From: a virus
Lineage: Duplodnaviria; Caudoviricetes
IMG/VR virus record: IMGVR_UViG_2562617147_000003
Location: 1 to 64,000 of that record
Reading direction: 5' to 3' (one strand)
Length of the DNA stretch: 64,000 nucleotides
The notes beneath the pieces were generated by a model that made no database searches, had not been told where the DNA came from, and worked only from the letters and a program-made list of their open reading frames with translations. A program made the position numbers and the translations under genes. How positions within the stretch are numbered: position 1 is the stretch's first letter; the number at the start of each line of letters is the position of its first letter. This document shows, piece after piece, positions 58,428-64,000 of this stretch.

Positions 58428-59309
58428 ATGGAAGACAGCCAGACCAACGAACAGGAAATCACCACGCAACCCATTGAAAACATTGTTGAGATTAACGACG
58501 GCAAGATGTTCACCACGTCGCTGACCGTCGCCAATGCCTTCGAGAAGGAGCACAAAAACGTGCTTCAGGCGATTGAAAATTTGGAGTGCTCGAAGGAGTT
58601 TCTAGAGCTGAATTTTCAGCTCTGTAATTATTCCAGTGAGTTAGCACCAGATGGGCGAAAATATTCCTTTTATCAGATCACCCGCGACGGCTTCGCCTTC
58701 CTGGCCATGGGCTTCACGGGCAAGAAGGCGGCCTGGAAAGAGAAGTTCCTGGAGGCGTTTAACGCGATGGAAGCGGCGCTGCTGGCCAGACGGCCGGAAG
58801 AACCGAGGCCCATTCTGGAAGAAGAGGAGAAAGCCATCTCCCCCAAGGAGCGTAGTCGTTTCTTCAGGCCCAGGCGAAAAATATCCAAGAGCGACGCTAA
58901 AGCCGTGCATGGTTTGCTCCATATGGAGTCATTTGTTCAAGAAATGACCTGGGATGAAGCTGTGGCGCGGTTTTGCGAGAAAATGCATATTGAAAGGATT
59001 GAGGATTTGCCCCAATCCGATTTCATGGAGGCCATTACCAATACTTTTAAAAAGCTTTTTTTCGTGCACACCTGGGAGCGTCAAGAGAGCAATCCGGCTT
59101 CAGTGGAGTTGAGGGATGCTTTTCAGGGGATGCTGACTTTCTGGCGTCAGGTGACCGACTTCTCGGAGACAGATATTCGCAACTATATTCTTAACCGTTG
59201 TGGTGTGGATAGCCTGGACGACATTGTGAGCGAACGGGACACCCTCAAGGCCCTTTTCGTTCTTTGGGGAGGGATTGCCAATCATACCTTGGAAGCGCGG
59301 GTCTGGTAG
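58428..59309 (+). CDS. Rha family phage regulatory protein
   Basis: TTSLTVANAFEKEHKNVLQAIENL...ITRDGFAFLAMGFTG..A.K..F..AFNAME. Confidence 0.9.
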   Translation: MEDSQTNEQEITTQPIENIVEINDGKMFTTSLTVANAFEKEHKNVLQAIENLECSKEFLELNFQLCNYSSELAPDGRKYSFYQITRDGFAFLAMGFTGKKAAWKEKFLEAFNAMEAALLARRPEEPRPILEEEEKAISPKERSRFFRPRRKISKSDAKAVHGLLHMESFVQEMTWDEAVARFCEKMHIERIEDLPQSDFMEAITNTFKKLFFVHTWERQESNPASVELRDAFQGMLTFWRQVTDFSETDIRNYILNRCGVDSLDDIVSERDTLKALFVLWGGIANHTLEARVW

Positions 59310-59310
59310 C

Positions 59311-59637
59311 ATGCCGGAAGAAAAGAAGCCCAAACGCACGGAACGGCTACAAGCCTATGTGACGCCGGAGGAGTTCACTCTTATCATGGAGTCCAGCGAC
59401 CGGGCCGGGCTGAGCATGTCGGAGTTCGCCCGGCGTGTGTGTCTGGGCTTCCGGGTGGAGAGCCGGGAGGACCAGCAGGCCCGGCGGGAGCTGCTGAAGG
59501 TCAACGCCGATCTGGGGCGGCTGGGCGGCCTGCTCAAGCAGGCTCTGGCCACCGGCCATAAGGAGCAGATTTACGGACTGCTCCATAAGATTGATCAGCT
59601 TCAGGCAAGCCTGAAGGCCAGGATCAGGGCGCTATGA
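59311..59637 (+). CDS. MobC/TraJ-like relaxosome protein
   Basis: RHH-like V..EE..I...AGLSMSEFARR..G...ELLKVNADLGRLGGLLK. Confidence 0.85.
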   Translation: MPEEKKPKRTERLQAYVTPEEFTLIMESSDRAGLSMSEFARRVCLGFRVESREDQQARRELLKVNADLGRLGGLLKQALATGHKEQIYGLLHKIDQLQASLKARIRAL

Positions 59638-61469
59638 TCAGCAAGCGGATTCCGTGTGCCCCTAAAAATGATAACTACGCCCGGCTGGCAAATTACATTG
59701 CCGCCGGGCGTGAACATGACATGCAGCAGGAGTTTAGCGATGGACAACGGCACTATGATCCGCAGCGCCACTTTGAAACAGGTCAAGGCATTGCCGGAAA
59801 CCGCATGCGTCGGCTGTCCGAATGCCGTCTGGCATCTTACTCGCAAGGACAGGAAAGAGGAGCTGCGGATTTTCTGCCTGCTGATGCACGCCTTGATCGA
59901 CGCGCCGATGGCGGCGTGCGACGGCACGCTGATCTTCCCGAAGATGTAAAACCTGAAAAATGCCTCATGAGCTGGTGCGCCGGGTGCTGGGCCGGGGACG
60001 ATTACGAGCTGGCCATCCAGGAAGTGGCCGATACCCAGGCGCTTAATACGCGCACCACCCAGGAGAAAACCTATCATCTGATTGTGAGTTTCCGGCCGGA
60101 AGATGAAACCAGGCTGACGCCGGAAACATTCAAGGCCATTGAGGAACGCTTTGCCCTGGCTTTGGGGCTATCGGAACATCAGCGGCATTGCGGCGTCCAC
60201 GTCAACACGGAAAACATGCACATGCACGTCGCTTATAATCTGATCCACCCGGAAAAGCTGACGCGCGTGGAGCCCTGGCGGGACTATATCAAGCGCGACA
60301 AGCTCTGCCGGGAGTTGGAGAAGGAATACGGCCTTGTCATCGACAACGGCCGGGATAAGGCCCAGGAACAGGGCCTTGGTGAAAGGGCCGCAACCGTGGA
60401 GGCGCACACCGGCCGACAGTCTTTTGAGGGCTACGCGCGCGACCAGGGCGAGGCCATTCTGGCCATATTGGAAAATGCGCGTTCCTGGGAGGACGTGCAT
60501 TGCGCCTTTGCCCGGCATGGCCTGGAGCTGAAGCCGCGCGGGGCCGGACTTGTGGTCAAGGACCGACATGGGCGGCACATGGCCAAGGCCAGCGCCGTGC
60601 ATCGGGATTTATCCCGGAAGAAGCTGGAAGCCCGGTTTGGAGCCTTCCAGCCATCCAGGGGAGCAATGCCGGAAAGCGAACGACGCTACGGCGCTGATCC
60701 GCTTCAGAAGGCACCGAACCGGAATCAGCTCTGGCAGGAGTTCCAGGAACAGCGCCAGGTCCAAAAAATAGGCCTGGAAGATATCCGCCGGAAGTGGGAG
60801 CAACAGCGCATGGACTTGCAGCGCAGGCCCATAGCGCGCAGGACCAGGGCTAATCTTATGAAAATGGTCCGCCAGTATGAAGCGGAAGAAATCCACGCCG
60901 CGCGCGTGAACCAGGGCGCGGGCAACTGGCTTGATTTTTTGCGGCAGAAAGCCGCCCAAGGCGACGAAACCGCCCTGGCCGTCTTACGCTCCAGAAAAGA
61001 GGAAATCGCGCCGGAGATAACGCAGAGTCGCATGCAGGCCCGCGCGGCCTATCTGGCCAGCAAGACTGCAATCCTGGAGAATGCCGAGCTTTCCACCAAA
61101 ACAAAAAACCGCCTCATCAGCGTCGCACTGATGGAGAGCCTGGCCAGTGGAACCACGGCCAGGATCAGCAAGCTCGGCAGTATCATCTATACGCTCCCCG
61201 ATGGCGGGAAAATTTGCGACACCGGGCGCAGCATCAGCTTCAGCGACGGGGCCAGGGAAACGGCCCTGGATTATATGACTGCCAAGTGGAGCGTAAAGCG
61301 AAGGCGGGTGTCTCTGGACAGGGACACAGGCGATCTCGTGTACACGCTGGACAGTGGCCAGAAGATCTATGAGCGGAAGGGGCGGAATGTCTTTGAACGG
61401 CCCGCCGTTGTCCACCGGCAGCGCCAGTTGGAGCGGGAGCGGCCCAGGAACCAGGGTATGGAGCGGTAA
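59634..61469 (+). CDS. MOBP (RP4 TraI-like) relaxase
   Basis: NYARLANYI, TYHLIVSFRP, HQR..VH.NTENMHMHVAYN.IHP. Confidence 0.9.
   Translation: MISKRIPCAPKNDNYARLANYIAAGREHDMQQEFSDGQRHYDPQRHFETGQGIAGNRMRRLSECRLASYSQGQERGAADFLPADARLDRRADGGVRRHADLPEDVKPEKCLMSWCAGCWAGDDYELAIQEVADTQALNTRTTQEKTYHLIVSFRPEDETRLTPETFKAIEERFALALGLSEHQRHCGVHVNTENMHMHVAYNLIHPEKLTRVEPWRDYIKRDKLCRELEKEYGLVIDNGRDKAQEQGLGERAATVEAHTGRQSFEGYARDQGEAILAILENARSWEDVHCAFARHGLELKPRGAGLVVKDRHGRHMAKASAVHRDLSRKKLEARFGAFQPSRGAMPESERRYGADPLQKAPNRNQLWQEFQEQRQVQKIGLEDIRRKWEQQRMDLQRRPIARRTRANLMKMVRQYEAEEIHAARVNQGAGNWLDFLRQKAAQGDETALAVLRSRKEEIAPEITQSRMQARAAYLASKTAILENAELSTKTKNRLISVALMESLASGTTARISKLGSIIYTLPDGGKICDTGRSISFSDGARETALDYMTAKWSVKRRRVSLDRDTGDLVYTLDSGQKIYERKGRNVFERPAVVHRQRQLERERPRNQGMER
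59740..59949 (+). CDS. overprinted 69-aa Cys-rich ORF inside the relaxase gene
   Basis: AGGAG RBS; CVGCPNAVW..FCLLMH..ACDG; spans the non-conserved insertion of the relaxase. Confidence 0.55.
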   Translation: MDNGTMIRSATLKQVKALPETACVGCPNAVWHLTRKDRKEELRIFCLLMHALIDAPMAACDGTLIFPKM

Positions 61470-61653
61470 CACGAATCGTCTTGCCGCGGCAGCCTGGCCA
61501 ACGAGCGCCGGCGCGGCTGATCCGGCCGGCACGGCCGAGGCCTTCATGATAATAACTTACTATGATATCTTGATTTTCAAAATATAGCGTTTCCTAGACG
61601 GCGCACATGAAAATTTTTCTAGGTAACACGAATTTCAAAAAAGCCAGGTTCAG

Positions 61654-61866
61654 ATGGACAGCAGGAAGAAAATCATCATGTCGGTATCCAGGTTCTTAGA
61701 CGACCCGGCTGCGTGGTGGGAAAAGCGAAAATGGGCGATTGCTCTTGGTGTCGTCACTGTGACCTTGTTACACGCCCTCATTGACATGGGCATCATTGAT
61801 CTGAGGGCCACGTTTGTTTGGCTGGCCATCTGGACCAACCCTCTTACAGGGCTTTTTCTCTTCTGA
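61654..61866 (+). CDS. small membrane protein
   Basis: 70 aa, two hydrophobic segments. Confidence 0.45.
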   Translation: MDSRKKIIMSVSRFLDDPAAWWEKRKWAIALGVVTVTLLHALIDMGIIDLRATFVWLAIWTNPLTGLFLF

Positions 61867-61881
61867 AACATCTTTTCTGCA

Positions 61882-62190
61882 TTGCCGGGCGTGGGTTTGC
61901 CTGCTAGGCTGACCCGGCACGGCTACCCTCTGGCCTGAAAGCGTCGGCACGGCGCAAACGGAAAAAGGAGGGCACAGCCATGCGGAAACTTGTTTTCGCT
62001 CTGCTTGTCGCTGTGGCCCTGGTCCTCTTACTGACGTCTGACGCCAGATAAGAGTTGACCCCGGCCCATTAGCGGTGGGCCGGGGTCGAAAAAAGGAAAC
62101 CGTGTCGGTAGCCGTGCACGGGGGCGCTAACCGCGCCGTGCCAGCCCCGGTATCTGTCCCCACAGATGCCGGGGTTCCCTTTTTAGATAA
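61882..62190 (+). other. structured transcription unit A (type I toxin-like)
   Basis: TTGCCG-17-TAGGCT promoter, leader repeats, RBS, peptide, hairpin, complementary 3' segments, terminator. Confidence 0.75.
61980..62051 (+). CDS. 23-aa hydrophobic peptide MRKLVFALLVAVALVLLLTSDAR
   Basis: AAGGAGG RBS; basic N-terminus + single TM helix. Confidence 0.75.
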   Translation: MRKLVFALLVAVALVLLLTSDAR

Positions 62191-62298
62191 GGCAGTAGCG
62201 GGTGAATGTCCAGCCCGGCCTAGCGGGCTCAGACCCAATTTATATTGTGCAATATAAATTCAACAGGCAATAGACTTGGCAATGTAGCCGCCCTTTAG

Positions 62299-62697
62299 TT
62301 GATCCGTACCCACCTTGTGCCTGTCCAGGGTGGGCAAGACACGTTAGCCTACCCGGAACTGTTCGTTCTTATGGGCAGCCAGGTGCCGGATTTGAGGGGG
62401 CTGTTTCTGCGTGGGCACGGGGGCAAGAGCGCTGCTCTGGGAGTCCAGCAGGGCGACGCTATACGGAATATTACTGGTGGCTTTGTCCCAGGCAATCAAT
62501 ATGCAAACGCGGGCATTAAAAACACTTCAGGGATCTTTCGACCTGGAGGAGCCTTTGGACGCAATGACTTCCGGGAATCAGGAGCAAACAGCTCCCCGGA
62601 TGAAGTTATTCTCGACGCATCCCTACAAGTGCCCACAGCCGAGGAAACTCGCCCGGTGAATCTGGCTGTGCGCTACCTGATCCGCGCCAAGCCCTGA
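62299..62697 (+). CDS. headless tail-collar cassette 1
   Basis: AYPELF..QVPDLRGLFLRGHGG..GDAIRNITG..PTAEETRPVNLAVRYLIRAKP. Confidence 0.75.
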   Translation: MIRTHLVPVQGGQDTLAYPELFVLMGSQVPDLRGLFLRGHGGKSAALGVQQGDAIRNITGGFVPGNQYANAGIKNTSGIFRPGGAFGRNDFRESGANSSPDEVILDASLQVPTAEETRPVNLAVRYLIRAKP

Positions 62698-62722
62698 TGC
62701 TTGCCAAACAGGCATGGAGACG

Positions 62723-63036
62723 TTATCTAAAAAGGGAACCCCGGCCCCTGCGCGAACAGGAACCGGGGCTGGCACGGCGCGGTTAGCGCCCCCGTGCACG
62801 ACTACCGCAGCGTTTTTACCTACGGCCCCGTATCAGGTGTAAGCTGATACGGGGCCAGCCTCATCTAAGGCCGACTATCGCCCCGCAACAGCAGGGCGAG
62901 AAGTACCAGCAACACCAAGACGGCAAAGCGTCTCATGTGATGGCACCCCCTTTGATAGTTTGCGCCGTGCCGGGCGCAGATCAGGAAGGGGGTAGCCGTG
63001 CCCGTTCCTTATATCCACATTCATCCCGCCCGGCAA
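62723..63036 (-). other. structured transcription unit B (inverted paralog of A)
   Basis: TTGCCG-17-TATAAG promoter; same scaffold as A with different hairpin sequences. Confidence 0.75.
62865..62936 (-). CDS. 23-aa hydrophobic peptide MRRFAVLVLLVLLALLLRGDSRP
   Basis: AAGGGGG RBS; same length and position as the peptide in unit A. Confidence 0.75.
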   Translation of the reverse strand: MRRFAVLVLLVLLALLLRGDSRP

Positions 63037-63408
63037 CGCTTTGCCGAGCAACACGGCGCGTACCCGGAACTGTCCGCGCTTCTCGGCGGCCAAGTGCCGG
63101 ATTTGAGGGGCTTGTTCCTGCGTGGCCACGGGGGGAACAGCGCTGAATTAGGCTCACCTCAGGGGCATGCCATGCGCGACATATCTTCAGCGGGCAGCAT
63201 CAGCGTAGGGTTCGGAGGGTATCTGACAGGAAATGGGATTTTTAAGCCTGTTGGTAGTCATGGCGTGGTTGTCATTAGGGGCTCGTGGGACGGCAATTGG
63301 GGGAGCACTGCTTATGGACTTGATCTTTCTGCCGGTGGTGTACCTGTGGCCAATGAGGTTCGGCCTGACAACCAAGCGGTACGATTTTTAGTCCGCGCCC
63401 GCCCGTGA
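62998..63408 (+). CDS. headless tail-collar cassette 2
   Basis: AYPELS..QVPDLRGLFLRGHGG...EVRPDNQAVRFLVRARP. Confidence 0.75.
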   Translation: MPVPYIHIHPARQRFAEQHGAYPELSALLGGQVPDLRGLFLRGHGGNSAELGSPQGHAMRDISSAGSISVGFGGYLTGNGIFKPVGSHGVVVIRGSWDGNWGSTAYGLDLSAGGVPVANEVRPDNQAVRFLVRARP

Positions 63409-63590
63409 ATTATGCTCTCCGCGTGCCACCCGGATTTTTGGTCAGAGTCCGGGTGACTCGCAGGAGTAACACGAATGACCTTGCAGTCGCTGATCCGGAA
63501 CCAGGTCGGCCGATTCGCTAACTCGCTGAAATTTAAGATGGTGAGATTTTAGGCCAGTAGCACGAAATTACAAAATCCCATCCCATTTCC

Positions 63591-63980
63591 TTATGGCCGG
63601 GCGCGGACAAGGTACCTAACCGCCTGATTGGCAGGGCGATTTTCTTCAGCGGTCGGAACGACACGAGAGAGGTCAAAGCCGACGCCATTACCGGACCAAG
63701 TACCGTAAGAGCTGCGAATATCTTCAGCGCATCCGCCCGTGCGATAGAAAACCCCACCGGCTGAAGCGGAACCGTGTTGGCCGAAACTGCCGGTTATATT
63801 TCGTATGGCGTCACCTTGCCGGACGCCCAGCGCTGCCGAGTCGCCCCCGTGACCACGAAGAAACAGCCCCCGCAGATCGGGCACCTGGCCGCCCACAACC
63901 GCGAACAGTTCCGGGTACGCGCGGGGCTGACTGGCAAAGCGTTGCCGGGCGAGAAGAATCCAGATATAAGAAGCGGACAC
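63591..63980 (-). CDS. headless tail-collar cassette 3
   Basis: AYPELF..QVPDLRGLFLRGHGG..GDAIRNITG..PTAEENRPANQAVRYLVRARP. Confidence 0.75.
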   Translation of the reverse strand: MSASYIWILLARQRFASQPRAYPELFAVVGGQVPDLRGLFLRGHGGDSAALGVRQGDAIRNITGSFGQHGSASAGGVFYRTGGCAEDIRSSYGTWSGNGVGFDLSRVVPTAEENRPANQAVRYLVRARP

Positions 63981-64000
63981 GGCTACCCCCTATGCGTCGG
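63942..64000 (+). other. 5' end of structured unit C (runs off the window)
   Basis: TTGCCG-17-TATAAG, then CACGGCTACCC...GCGTCGG as in unit A. Confidence 0.65.

Noticed and set aside
63477-63554. 25-aa ORF (MTLQSLIRNQ...) between cassettes 2 and 3
   Set aside because: Has an AGGAG RBS but no similarity to the unit peptides and no other support.
63988-63998. CCTATGCGTC match to the tRNA-Sec 3' end as a secondary att site
   Set aside because: Only 10 bp and explained by the unit C leader; expected by chance.

Overview
Positions 1 to about 57.2 kb hold most of a temperate podovirus-like prophage with BPP-1/APSE/epsilon15-type gene order. The host is probably Desulfovibrio-like; this is inferred from the tRNA-Sec fragment, the GC content and the repeat families. 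Left to right: antirepressor region, DarTG directly downstream of a CI-like repressor, cro, replication module (SSB, SF2 helicase, HNH-exonuclease, primase-helicase), HigBA, lysis genes, terminase, portal, capsid, tail fibre, DinJ-YafQ, tail tube and large ejection proteins. Low-GC accessory inserts include a Sir2 gene, a TPR-like protein plus YhaV toxin, and an ABC-ATPase plus TOPRIM pair. The P4-type integrase has lost its catalytic Tyr to a frameshift and lies next to the 3' half of tRNA-Sec. From 57.26 kb a second element begins: tyrosine recombinase, IncP-like oriT, Rha, MobC/TraJ and a MOBP relaxase. It ends in the most unusual feature of the window, three copies of a roughly 300-bp structured transcription unit alternating in orientation with three headless tail-collar cassettes. 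The two complete units encode 23-aa hydrophobic, type I toxin-like peptides, and the cassettes look shufflon-like. A REP-like repeat family has invaded the phage, producing tandem amplifications and in-frame insertions. Protein family calls come from motif recognition by eye, not database searches.
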